Part shown: positions 41,571-50,259 of the stretch, one piece after another | How the letters are laid out: each line of letters opens with the position of its first letter | Numbering within the stretch: position 1 is the first letter of the stretch | Origin: Akkermansia muciniphila | GTDB lineage: Bacteria > Verrucomicrobiota > Verrucomicrobiia > Verrucomicrobiales > Akkermansiaceae | NCBI GenBank assembly: GCA_004557455.1 | Contig: SFDX01000015.1 | Span: forward strand, 1 to 64,000 | Length of the DNA stretch: 64,000 nucleotides | Direction of reading: 5' to 3' | The notes under the pieces: generated by a model | Told to the model about the DNA's origin: nothing | What the model saw: the letters and a program-made list of their open reading frames with translations, nothing else | Database searches by the model: none | Translations under genes and position numbers: made by a program

Positions 41571-42002
41571 ATGAGACGTACCCTGACATTTTTGCTGAGT
41601 CTTGTGCTGTTGACCATCGTCGCTCCTGCGGACGAGGTAACGGCCCTGCGTCCTGTCATCCACCAAGCGGCGGCGGACAACGATGTAGATCCGGTGATGA
41701 TGGAAGCGATCATCCGTCACGAATCCGCCCACGCCACCTCCAAGGCGGCCCGCAACAAGAATAACCTGGCGGGCATCATGGGCCGCAACGGACAACGCCG
41801 CTACGGCAGCAAGGAGGAATGCGTGCATGATCTGGGCCGCATCTTGGCCAAGTACAAGGCCAAGGGCCGCACCACGACCGCGCAGGTGGGCCGCTCTTAT
41901 GCCGCTGCGGGCAACTGGGCCGCGCATGTCGACCGCCATATGCGGGAGATTTTGGCCGGTAAATACGGCGAATTGCCCTCCTCCGGCACCGCAAACAACT
42001 GA
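41571..42002 (+). CDS. small secreted protein, possibly a lysozyme-like/transglycosylase (SLT-like) domain
   Basis: Signal peptide MRRTLTFLLSLVLLTIVAPA. DPVMMEAIIRHESAHATSKAARNKNNLAGIM resembles SLT/glucosaminidase core motifs but is degenerate. Confidence 0.35.
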   Translation: MRRTLTFLLSLVLLTIVAPADEVTALRPVIHQAAADNDVDPVMMEAIIRHESAHATSKAARNKNNLAGIMGRNGQRRYGSKEECVHDLGRILAKYKAKGRTTTAQVGRSYAAAGNWAAHVDRHMREILAGKYGELPSSGTANN

Positions 42003-42030
42003 GGAAGCAGCTGCAAGCCGCACAAAAAGC

Positions 42031-42059
42031 TTGCAGAGAGCGGCGGCATCCGCTAGAAT
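42031..42059 (+). promoter_or_regulatory. promoter TTGCAG-17-TAGAAT; start codon 10 nt after the -10, giving a leaderless mRNA
   Basis: TTGCAG at 42031-42036, spacer agagcggcggcatccgc, TAGAAT at 42054-42059, ATG at 42069. Confidence 0.5.
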
Positions 42060-42068
42060 ACGCTTGCT

Positions 42069-43295
42069 ATGCCGCAGAAAATGCTTTTGTTGATGATGCC
42101 GGCGCTGGCGCTGCTTGCCGGCGCCCCCCTGCCGGTGCAGGCCGCCCCGACGCGCCGCCCCGCAGCCAAGCAGCAGACGACTGCTCGCCTGCCCATGTTG
42201 CGCACATGGGAAAAACGCTTGACCGTCGCCATGGACGAGGCGTTGAAAGAGAACGGCTCCGAAGGTGAGCCGGCTGACATGGCCCGCAAATGTGTGGTGG
42301 ATGCCGTGACCGCTGCCGAAAAGTGGCAACGTGCCCGCACGGCGTACCTCGAGGCAGCAGCCCAAGCTGTCGGCGGAAAATCCGAGCGCCTGACCGAGCT
42401 GAAGCAGGAAGGCGAGCGCAACCTGGAGGCCGACATGCGAGCCTTGGCGGCGGGTGCTGCTTGGTATCCCGATGCCCGCTGCAAAGAATTGGGGATAGCG
42501 GAGGAAGATCGTGAGGAAGCGGCTACCCCCGGGGTGGGGGATGTACCCCTGCCGGTGATCAAGCTGCTGCAATGCGGCTCCAACAGCACACAGGAATACG
42601 CCCTCGCGGCGGAGTCCGCTGCTGCCGTCTGCTCGGCCATGATCAAGGCCGAGAATGACGCCTTGCTGAAGATGTACCCCACTTCCGAGGAACCCTTCCC
42701 CGGCCCGGAGCCGGTCACGGGGCTGCTGTGGGAGGCCGTTCCCGAGCTGAAGGCGCAGGCCCCGAAGCTGATCTCCCTGTGGAAGGCGGAGGTCAAGGCT
42801 TGGGAGGAATACTGCGAGGCCATGCGCGTGTTGCTGGCTCCCGGTTGCCTGATGTACACGGGCAGTATGGCCTACATGGACCGGCTGACGCTGAAGCTCA
42901 TTGCCAACCGAGAGTCCTTCTTGTCCGTGCTCATTCCCCCGCCCGCCGAGCAGAGTGCGGAGGAGGCCGATGAGGGCGATGAACCCGCCGCGCAGGACAT
43001 GACCCCCGAGCAACTGCGCCGCGCCGCCGAGGCCGATGACCCGAACGCCCAGTGGGAGCTCGGGGAGCGTCTGTTGAACGGGAAAAACGGCTTCAAGAAG
43101 AACGCCAAGGAGGCCGTCAAATGGCTGGAGAAATCCGCCAAGCAGGGACACTGCATGGCTGCCCTGCGCCTGAGTGAGTGCTATCGCAACGGCACCGGTG
43201 TCGCCAAGGATGCCAAGAAAGCCGACTACTGGCTGGAAGAGAGCGGTGACGGCATGGAATCCCAGGGCGGCGAAGACCAGGGCGGGGAACAATAA
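42069..43295 (+). CDS. secreted Sel1-repeat (TPR-like) protein
   Basis: Signal peptide MLLLMMPALALLAGAPLPVQA. C-terminal Sel1 repeats AQWELGERLLNGKNGFKKNAKEAVKWLEKSAKQGHCMAALRLSECYRNGTGVAKDAKKADYWLEES. Confidence 0.7.
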   Translation: MPQKMLLLMMPALALLAGAPLPVQAAPTRRPAAKQQTTARLPMLRTWEKRLTVAMDEALKENGSEGEPADMARKCVVDAVTAAEKWQRARTAYLEAAAQAVGGKSERLTELKQEGERNLEADMRALAAGAAWYPDARCKELGIAEEDREEAATPGVGDVPLPVIKLLQCGSNSTQEYALAAESAAAVCSAMIKAENDALLKMYPTSEEPFPGPEPVTGLLWEAVPELKAQAPKLISLWKAEVKAWEEYCEAMRVLLAPGCLMYTGSMAYMDRLTLKLIANRESFLSVLIPPPAEQSAEEADEGDEPAAQDMTPEQLRRAAEADDPNAQWELGERLLNGKNGFKKNAKEAVKWLEKSAKQGHCMAALRLSECYRNGTGVAKDAKKADYWLEESGDGMESQGGEDQGGEQ

Positions 43296-43307
43296 GGGAC
43301 GCAGCCT

Positions 43308-44372
43308 ATGAATCTGGAGGACCTCAGGGGGCAGATCGACAGCATCGATGCGCAAATCGTCGAGCTGTTGAAGCAGCGTGCCCGCTGTGCGCACGAGGTA
43401 GGCCGCCGCAAGCGCGAGGCAGGCCGGCCCACCTTCGTGCCAGAGCGGGAGAGCGCTCTCATCGCCAAGCTGCTGCGCCTGAATGCCGGCGAGCTGCCGG
43501 AGCAGTGTCTGCTGAGCATCTACCGCCAGATTGTGAGCTGTTCCTTCCACATGGAGGGCGGCATGCGGGTCGGTTATCTGGGCCCGGAGGGCACCTGGAG
43601 CCACCAAGCGGCCCTTGCGCGCTTCGGTGACAGCGTGGAGTTCGTGCCCTTCCCCTCGTTCGCCCATGTGTTTTCCGCCGTGGAGCGGCAGGAGGTCAAC
43701 TACGGGGTCATCCCTATCGAGAACAGCACGGATGGCTCCGTCTCGCAGGCGATGGACGAGTTCGGTCACAGCCCCCTGCGCATCTGCGCCCAGGTGCAGC
43801 TGAGCATCCGCAACTGCTTGCTGTCTGACATCCCGGCGGAGGCCATCACCACCATCTACAGCCACCCGCAGGTGCTGGGGCAGTGCCGTGATTGGCTTCG
43901 CGAGAACTTCCCGCAGGCGGAGTTGGTGTCCGTCTCCTCCACGGCGGCCGCGGCCGCACGCGCCAAGCAGGAATCTGCCTCCGGTGCCGCCGCCTTGGGC
44001 AGTAAGCTGACGGGCACGCTGCACCACCTTCCCGTGCTGGCCGAAAATATCCAGGACAAGGCATACAACAGCACGCGCTTCGTCGTTATCGGCGACCAGC
44101 GAACCGCCCCGGCGGAGAAGAACCGCACCACCCTCTGCTTCACCGTGCCGCACACCCCCGGCAGCTTGGTGGATATGCTTCTGCACTTCCGCCGCCACGG
44201 CATCAACCTGTTGTGCATCGACAGCCGCCCGACCCGCGACACGGCGTGGGAGTATCTGTTCTACGTTGACGTGGAAGGCCACGAAGAGCTGGACCCCCTG
44301 AAGAGCTGTTTGGAGGAAATGAAGCAGCAGAGCCTCATGTTCAAGGTACTGGGCTCCTACCCGGAGCAATAG
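43308..44372 (+). CDS. pheA: bifunctional chorismate mutase / prephenate dehydratase
   Basis: N-terminal CM domain LRGQIDSIDAQIVELLKQRARCAHEVGRRK. PDT domain VGYLGPEGTWSHQAA...IPIENSTDGSV. C-terminal ACT domain. Confidence 0.9.
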   Translation: MNLEDLRGQIDSIDAQIVELLKQRARCAHEVGRRKREAGRPTFVPERESALIAKLLRLNAGELPEQCLLSIYRQIVSCSFHMEGGMRVGYLGPEGTWSHQAALARFGDSVEFVPFPSFAHVFSAVERQEVNYGVIPIENSTDGSVSQAMDEFGHSPLRICAQVQLSIRNCLLSDIPAEAITTIYSHPQVLGQCRDWLRENFPQAELVSVSSTAAAAARAKQESASGAAALGSKLTGTLHHLPVLAENIQDKAYNSTRFVVIGDQRTAPAEKNRTTLCFTVPHTPGSLVDMLLHFRRHGINLLCIDSRPTRDTAWEYLFYVDVEGHEELDPLKSCLEEMKQQSLMFKVLGSYPEQ

Positions 44373-44378
44373 CGCGCC

Positions 44379-45353
44379 ATGGCCTTCACCCTGCAACAGG
44401 CGCAGCGCATGCTGCTGCAAGCCCGGGAACGCGGCCGCCTGCCGCATGCCCTGCTCATCACCGGGGCGGAGGAAGCCGGTACGCGGCGGCTGGCTCTGTC
44501 CCTGGCGGAGGCCCTCAACGGCGCGCGGGCCGAGAGTCTGGAGACCCTGCGCCATCCGATGTGCCGCATTATCCGTCCCGGGTCGAAAATCCGCAGTATT
44601 CCCGTAGAGAGCGTGCGCGCGGTGGAGCCTTTCCTGTCCCTGCGTGCCATGGAGGGCGAAACCAAACTGGTTATCATGGTGGAGGCCGAGCGCATGAAGG
44701 ACGAGGCCGCCAACGCCTTCCTCAAGACCTTGGAGGAGCCTCCGCCGCAGACGCTCATCATCCTCATCACGGAGCACCCGGACCACCTGCTGCCCACCAT
44801 CCTCTCCCGCTGCGTGCGCGTGCCGCTGCATACCCCCGGCGCGGGTCTGCACCTCAGCGAGGCCCAGCGCGCTTTCCTGCCCGCCGTGCAGCAGGCCCTC
44901 CCCGACATCGGCTCGGATGTGACGGCCTTGGCTCTGCGTGCGGATTTGACCGCCGTTCTCGCTCAGCGGAGGGAACAGATAACCGATCGCCTCACCGAGG
45001 CGGTGAAGGCCGAGGCCAAGGCGGTGGCAGAGGGGACGGATATCAAGGATTGGGAGAGCCGTCAAAAGGACGCCACGGCGGCGCAGATTGAGACCGAATA
45101 CCTGCGCGAGCGGGAGGAAGTGCTGGAGTTGCTCTCCCTCTGCATCGGCCAGGCGGTGCTGCTGGCCAGTCATGCCCCGGACGTGAAGCCCCTCGTGCCG
45201 CAGGTGGCAGAACTGGCGAAACGTCCGCTGCCGGAGCTCCTGCGCCGCATGCGTGCCGTGGATGCCTTGCGCAGCGACCTTAATTTTAACGTCAACGAGG
45301 CCCTGGCACTCGAGGCTCGCCTCATCGACATCATCGGAAATATCTCATTATGA
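44379..45353 (+). CDS. holB: DNA polymerase III delta-prime subunit
   Basis: AAA+ clamp-loader fold; HALLITGAEEAGTRRLALSLAEAL, FLKTLEEPPPQTLIILIT, SRC motif ILSRCVRV. Confidence 0.8.
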   Translation: MAFTLQQAQRMLLQARERGRLPHALLITGAEEAGTRRLALSLAEALNGARAESLETLRHPMCRIIRPGSKIRSIPVESVRAVEPFLSLRAMEGETKLVIMVEAERMKDEAANAFLKTLEEPPPQTLIILITEHPDHLLPTILSRCVRVPLHTPGAGLHLSEAQRAFLPAVQQALPDIGSDVTALALRADLTAVLAQRREQITDRLTEAVKAEAKAVAEGTDIKDWESRQKDATAAQIETEYLREREEVLELLSLCIGQAVLLASHAPDVKPLVPQVAELAKRPLPELLRRMRAVDALRSDLNFNVNEALALEARLIDIIGNISL

Positions 45354-46225
45354 ACAGTATGACAGGATTCGGGGCGGCTTCTGCCTCCCTCAAGCGGTGT
45401 TCCCTCCGGGTGGAAATCGGCGGGGTGAACCGCAAGCAAACAGAAATTGCCATCTCCCTCCCCCGGGCATGGGCCGAGCTTGAAACACGCGTCCGCGAGG
45501 TGGTCGCTGGGCCGATTTCCCGCGGGCGGGTCAACGTTTCCATCTCCCTCCAAAGCAGCAGCGGCGGGGCTATTCCCTTGCAGCTTCATGCGGAAAAACT
45601 GGCGGATCTGCGCATGCACCTGCTGTCGCTGGCCGCCTCTCTGGAGCAGCCGGTGCAGCCCACGCTCGATGCGCTGATTCGTTTGGGAATCATTGCGGAG
45701 GAGTCCGAGGCGGATATTTCTGCGGAGGAGGCGTGGACGGCCATTCAGCCGGCGCTGGAGGAGGCCTTGCAGAAGTTCTGCTCCCTGCGTGCAACGGAGG
45801 GCGAGAACATGAAGCGGGACCTTCTGGCGCGCATTGATACCCTGCGGCAGCTCCGCAGCGAGATCAAGGCGCAGGCGGCCACCGTTCCTGCGCATTACCG
45901 CGAGATGTTGCTCAAGCGTTTGCAGGAGGCGGACCTGCCTTTCCCGGCGGATGACGAGCGCATTATCAAGGAGATCGCGCTTTTTGCTGATCGCTGCGAT
46001 GTGAGCGAGGAGCTCACGCGCCTCGGTTCGCACCTGGATCAGTTCTGCCGCCTGTGTGACAGTGCGGAGCCCGTCGGGCGTACGCTCGATTTCCTGTGTC
46101 AGGAGATCTTCCGGGAGTTGAACACCACGGGCTCCAAGGCCAATGATGCGGCTTTGGCCCAGCTTGTCGTGACGGCCAAGACGGAGCTGGAGAAGATTCG
46201 TGAACAAGTGCAAAATATCGAATAA
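45350..46225 (+). CDS. yicC: YicC-family stress-induced protein
   Basis: MNSMTGFG N-terminus and overall YicC_N/DUF1732 architecture; adjacent gmk (conserved yicC-gmk synteny); ATGA overlap with holB. Confidence 0.8.
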   Translation: MNSMTGFGAASASLKRCSLRVEIGGVNRKQTEIAISLPRAWAELETRVREVVAGPISRGRVNVSISLQSSSGGAIPLQLHAEKLADLRMHLLSLAASLEQPVQPTLDALIRLGIIAEESEADISAEEAWTAIQPALEEALQKFCSLRATEGENMKRDLLARIDTLRQLRSEIKAQAATVPAHYREMLLKRLQEADLPFPADDERIIKEIALFADRCDVSEELTRLGSHLDQFCRLCDSAEPVGRTLDFLCQEIFRELNTTGSKANDAALAQLVVTAKTELEKIREQVQNIE

Positions 46226-46226
46226 T

Positions 46227-46817
46227 ATGCTCGGTACTCTTTTGGTGGTCTCCGGTCCCTCCGGTTCCGGGAAGACAACTCTCTGCCGCCGCGCGGCTGC
46301 GGAGGGCTTGGCGGCGTATTCCATCTCCTGCACCACCCGCGCGCCGCGTCCGGGGGAGCAGGACGGTGTGGATTATCATTTCCTTTCGCCGGATGAATTC
46401 GCTGCCCGTGTGGCGGCGGGCGAGTTCCTGGAACATGCTACCGTGCACGGCAATTCCTACGGCACCCTCAAGGCGGATATCGTGGCGCTGCTCGAGAGCG
46501 GTCGGAACGTGGTGATGGACATCGATGTGCAGGGCGCGGCGGGTATCCGTGCCTGTACGCATCCTGTCATTCGTCGGGCCTATGCGGATCTCTTCATTCG
46601 CGTGCTGCCCGCGGAGTTGGAGGCGCGCCTGCGCGGGCGTCAGACGGATGCCGAGGAGGTGATCCGCCTGCGTTTGCACAATGCAGCGCAGGAGAATGCC
46701 CGCCGTGGGGAATATATGTTTACCCTTACCTCCGGCGACCGTGAGCAGGACTACGCGCGCTTCACCGCTTTGCTGACGGCGTTGTCCCTGCGCACCGGGC
46801 TGGAGCCCGTGGAGTAG
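46227..46817 (+). CDS. gmk: guanylate kinase
   Basis: LLVVSGPSGSGKTTL P-loop; TTRAPRPGEQDGVDYHFLSPDEF; HGNSYGT. Confidence 0.9.
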   Translation: MLGTLLVVSGPSGSGKTTLCRRAAAEGLAAYSISCTTRAPRPGEQDGVDYHFLSPDEFAARVAAGEFLEHATVHGNSYGTLKADIVALLESGRNVVMDIDVQGAAGIRACTHPVIRRAYADLFIRVLPAELEARLRGRQTDAEEVIRLRLHNAAQENARRGEYMFTLTSGDREQDYARFTALLTALSLRTGLEPVE

Positions 46818-46838
46818 GCCGCCTGTCCCGCTCTTTTT

Positions 46839-46880
46839 CCCGTCTGCGGGCGTAAAAAAGCCCGCGGCGGGGTGTTTTTT
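46839..46880 (+). terminator. rho-independent terminator after gmk
   Basis: Imperfect stem cccgtctgcgggc-gtaaaaaa-gcccgcggcgggg followed by tgTTTTTT. Confidence 0.5.
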
Positions 46881-46882
46881 GC

Positions 46883-46911
46883 TTGCAAGCCCGCGCGCGG
46901 GGGCGTATGAT
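46883..46911 (+). promoter_or_regulatory. promoter TTGCAA-17-TATGAT for nagA
   Basis: TTGCAA at 46883-46888, G-rich spacer gcccgcgcgcgggggcg, TATGAT at 46906-46911. This places the start at the second ATG (46935). Confidence 0.5.
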
Positions 46912-46934
46912 GGGTGGCGCAAGAGAGTCATCTT

Positions 46935-48077
46935 ATGAAAACACTTATCACCAATGCACACATCATCTCCCCGGGGGTGGATCTCCCCGGCGGTTCCGTG
47001 TTGATTGAGGGCACCAAGATTGTCGACGTGCTGCTGCCGGGCGAGACGGCGGAGGCGGACAAGGTGGTGGATGCCGGCGGTAACATGCTGCTGCCGGGTT
47101 TTGTGGACATCCACTCGCACGGTGCGGGCGGCTGCGATACCTGCGATTGCAAGGTGGAGAGCATCCGCACGATCGCCGATTGCAAGATGAAGGAGGGCGT
47201 GACCACTTGGCTGCCCACCACGCTGACGCTGGGTACCAAGACCCTGATGGACGTCTGCACGGCGGTGAAGGAGTACGCTGCCTCCCCGAACGGTTCCAAG
47301 ACCCCCGGCGTGCACTTGGAGGGCCCCTTCATCAACCCCAAGCAGTGCGGGGCTCAGAACCCCGCTTTCGTCCGTCCGTCGGACTTTGAGGAGGTGATGG
47401 AGATCAACAGCATCTACCCCGTGCGCTACATCTCCTTGGCCCCTGAAATGCCCGGTGCAACGGACTTCATCGCCAAGGCTACGGCTGCGGGTATCACCTG
47501 CTCCGCCGGGCACTCCGCCGCCACCCATGCGGACTTCAAGAAGGCGAAGGCCAAGGGACTCAAGTTCCTGACCCACTTCTGCAACCAGATGAGCCCGCAG
47601 CACCATCGCGAGATCGGTTTGGTGGGTTCCGGTATGCTGGATAAGGATATCAAGATCGAGATTATCTGTGATACGATCCACCTTTGCTCCGACATGCTGA
47701 ACTTGGCTTTCACCAACAACGGCATCGACCAGATGGTGATGGTTACGGACTCGTTGGCTTGCTCTTGGATGCCGGACGGCCCGGGCAGCCTGGGCGGTCT
47801 GCCCATCATCGTGAAGGGCGGTGTGGCACGCCTGGAGAGCGGTAACTTGGCCGGTTCCACCCTGCGCTATGCCCACGGCTTGCGCAACGTGTGGAAGATC
47901 ACCGGTAAGCCGCTCAGCGAGCTGGTGAAGGCTACCTCCTGGAACCAAGCGCAGGCCCTCGGGCTGCATGACCTCGGCAAGATCTGCCCCGGTTACACAG
48001 CGGACATGGTGCTGCTGGATGCGGACTTCAACACCGTCAAGACGATTATCGACGGCGAGGTGAAGTACGAGGCCTGA
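46935..48077 (+). CDS. nagA: N-acetylglucosamine-6-phosphate deacetylase
   Basis: MKTLITNAHIISPG..., metal-binding GFVDIHSHGAGG, amidohydrolase fold, C-terminal DADFNTVKTIIDGEV. The GTG at 46914 listed by the track lies inside the promoter. Confidence 0.9.
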   Translation: MKTLITNAHIISPGVDLPGGSVLIEGTKIVDVLLPGETAEADKVVDAGGNMLLPGFVDIHSHGAGGCDTCDCKVESIRTIADCKMKEGVTTWLPTTLTLGTKTLMDVCTAVKEYAASPNGSKTPGVHLEGPFINPKQCGAQNPAFVRPSDFEEVMEINSIYPVRYISLAPEMPGATDFIAKATAAGITCSAGHSAATHADFKKAKAKGLKFLTHFCNQMSPQHHREIGLVGSGMLDKDIKIEIICDTIHLCSDMLNLAFTNNGIDQMVMVTDSLACSWMPDGPGSLGGLPIIVKGGVARLESGNLAGSTLRYAHGLRNVWKITGKPLSELVKATSWNQAQALGLHDLGKICPGYTADMVLLDADFNTVKTIIDGEVKYEA

Positions 48078-48098
48078 TTTTTTTCCACGGTCGGGCTG

Positions 48099-48150
48099 CC
48101 GGGCATGCGGTGCTGTGCATGCCCGGGGGCTCGTCCGCGTTTCTTTCGTT
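48099..48150 (+). terminator. candidate terminator after nagA
   Basis: Perfect 10-bp stem CCGGGCATGC-ggtgctgt-GCATGCCCGG followed by the U-rich stretch gcgtttctttcgtttta (not immediately adjacent). Confidence 0.35.
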
Positions 48151-48168
48151 TTATCGTAATCCCTCGGA

Positions 48169-48861
48169 ATGCGTATTTCTCCCTTGGCTGCTAAACTCTG
48201 TGCCCGGCAGGGCATAGATCCCGCCACTCTGCACGGCACCGGGCCGCGCGGGCGTATCATGGCGGCGGATGTGAAGGTCGGGCCGCGTGTCGGGCGTTCT
48301 TTCGCCGGTCAATCGGTGCGGGCCGTTTTTGCGGAGCAGCCTGCCGCCACCACCGGGCCGGAGGGGTATACCGTGTATGTAGGGAAGGCTCCCGCGCCGG
48401 GGCGTTTGCCGGAGCAGGTGGCCGTGCAGCGGGCTCGCTTGGGGGCAGGGGGCCTGAGTTTCCGGGATTATATTGCCCGCGCTTTAGTGAAGGCTGCGTT
48501 GCGGGCACAAGTCACCTCGCTGGAGGAGACGAACCTTTTGCTGCGTAACGAGGATGGGGACTGCGCCGTTCCCTCCGCTGCCCGCAAGCCGCTCTGCCGC
48601 TTGGCGCAGGAGGCCGCTGTCCCCGCGCCGTTCCCGCAGGGTTTTGCTCCGCAGCTCGTTCTGTGCCTGCCGGGGCAGGGGGCTGCCGCTATCCGTGACT
48701 TCCGTCCCCGCTTGGTGCTGGAGTGTGCCGCCCCCGGACCGGAGGGCGCGGCCTATTCGCTCTACTCTGCCCCCGATTTACCCCGCGCCTCTGCCGACAC
48801 CGCCGCCGCCGCTCTGCACCTGCTTGCAGAGAACCCGGTGGCTCTCTTGCTGCTGCCCTAA
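48169..48861 (+). CDS. truncated/degenerate 2-oxoacid dehydrogenase E2-like protein (PSBD domain plus catalytic-domain remnant, no lipoyl domain)
   Basis: ISPLAAKLCARQGIDPATLHGTGPRGRI matches the E3/E1 peripheral-subunit-binding domain. C-terminal AAALHLLAENPVALLLLP resembles the E2 tail. The catalytic DHR motif is replaced (SAPDLPRAS). Confidence 0.45.
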   Translation: MRISPLAAKLCARQGIDPATLHGTGPRGRIMAADVKVGPRVGRSFAGQSVRAVFAEQPAATTGPEGYTVYVGKAPAPGRLPEQVAVQRARLGAGGLSFRDYIARALVKAALRAQVTSLEETNLLLRNEDGDCAVPSAARKPLCRLAQEAAVPAPFPQGFAPQLVLCLPGQGAAAIRDFRPRLVLECAAPGPEGAAYSLYSAPDLPRASADTAAAALHLLAENPVALLLLP

Positions 48862-49026
48862 CTCCCCTCATGGGAGGGGGAATCTACTACGGGCATGTGT
48901 GTGGAGCGCGCCCGAAAAAAGGTGCCGCCTTAGTACTCAACTTGAGGATACAATCTGAAAGGTGAAGCGTCAGCGAGGAAGAACAGATGCGGGAGTGGTG
49001 ATTTCCTTACTTCTATGCATGAAGTA

Positions 49027-50259
49027 TCAGTCACTCACCACCTTGAGAAAATCCTCCACACCCATGATCCACTCTTTCTGATGGTCTGAGAAGGACGAGT
49101 GCAGACAGCGCGGCAGAACAAGTCGAACGTCCTGTTGCTTCATCTCCGTCGTTTGATTTTCGCTGATACCGGGTTCGATTGTAAGAAGATGTTTAGTTTT
49201 GATTCGAGCTGCTTCCGTCAGTATCTGTCGCCATCGATCCTTGCATGTAGTCTTGACCCCCAGCATATACAGATGCATCGAAGGAAAAGCGGGATCCCGA
49301 TAGGCTTCTATACTTGGAAAAATATAATCCGGACGAGATTTGCCCTCTGTAACAGGAGTTCGCGAGTATGCTATATTACGATCGATGAAAATTTGCTCGA
49401 TATGGTTCTCAAGAGATTGGCCTGCTCTGGTTTTTCTCCTATTGAGAAATGTTTTAGAAAGAGAAATAAAACGCTCGGCAGAAAGCCCACGATTGATTTC
49501 CTCATCTAAAAGATACTTTTCAAAAGAGAGAAACAGTTTTGTCTCTGTATTGTACCAGTAATAAAGCAAGTCGTCTGCCGTACCGGATTGCACTTCTCCG
49601 GCATTCGGGCAACCGGAAATTAGGCGAGCGTAGGAGGAAAACTCGGCTGTCGATGGGAGAGTTCCCTTGAACCGAACTATCATCTCATCTAAAAAATCAT
49701 CATTTTGCGGAACCTCCAGCCCCATTGCAAAAAAGAGTTCATAGGCCCGCGCCGGAAGCTCTCTGTTGATGAGGATATCAGAATCGACACCGGAAAAAGA
49801 TGTCTTCTGCTGTTCAGTATATCCGAATAACCATTTCAACCAAGGCAGAGCGTCGCTGTCCTTGTCTACAATAGCAAAGACGGCGGGAGTATCTGACTTT
49901 TTCCGATGTGCGATAAAGAGAAGATCTCCTTCCTCCATGCGCAGTGTCGCATCATTGGTCCGGTAGTACATTCGATATTCACTTCTGTCAGTTCTTCCAA
50001 GCTCTCGCCCCTTTGCCCGTGCATCATACAGAGTGAGTACCCCGGGATTCGATATGACAGAATCGTCATCTGCATAAATATATAAGCACGGAATGTTGAG
50101 CTTTTCGCACCCTTGGGGGTCACCGAACATTTGCACAATGGGACGAATGGCGTTGATTTCATGTTGGTTCGAGTGCCGGGGTGACGTCTCAACAGCAGAA
50201 AGTATCTTAAAGGCCAGAGCATCGAAGCAATTGGCCAAGCAGGCGGAACGTAACATCAC
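49027..50259 (-). CDS. EcoRII-like type IIE/IIP restriction endonuclease
   Basis: C-terminal catalytic region TRAGQSLENHIEQIF...GKSRPDYIFPSIEAYRDPAFP...LGVKTTCKDRWRQILTEAARI resembles the EcoRII-C PD-(D/E)xK domain. Lies immediately downstream of a Dcm-like methyltransferase with a 4-nt overlap. Low GC. Confidence 0.6.
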   Translation of the reverse strand: MMLRSACLANCFDALAFKILSAVETSPRHSNQHEINAIRPIVQMFGDPQGCEKLNIPCLYIYADDDSVISNPGVLTLYDARAKGRELGRTDRSEYRMYYRTNDATLRMEEGDLLFIAHRKKSDTPAVFAIVDKDSDALPWLKWLFGYTEQQKTSFSGVDSDILINRELPARAYELFFAMGLEVPQNDDFLDEMIVRFKGTLPSTAEFSSYARLISGCPNAGEVQSGTADDLLYYWYNTETKLFLSFEKYLLDEEINRGLSAERFISLSKTFLNRRKTRAGQSLENHIEQIFIDRNIAYSRTPVTEGKSRPDYIFPSIEAYRDPAFPSMHLYMLGVKTTCKDRWRQILTEAARIKTKHLLTIEPGISENQTTEMKQQDVRLVLPRCLHSSFSDHQKEWIMGVEDFLKVVSD

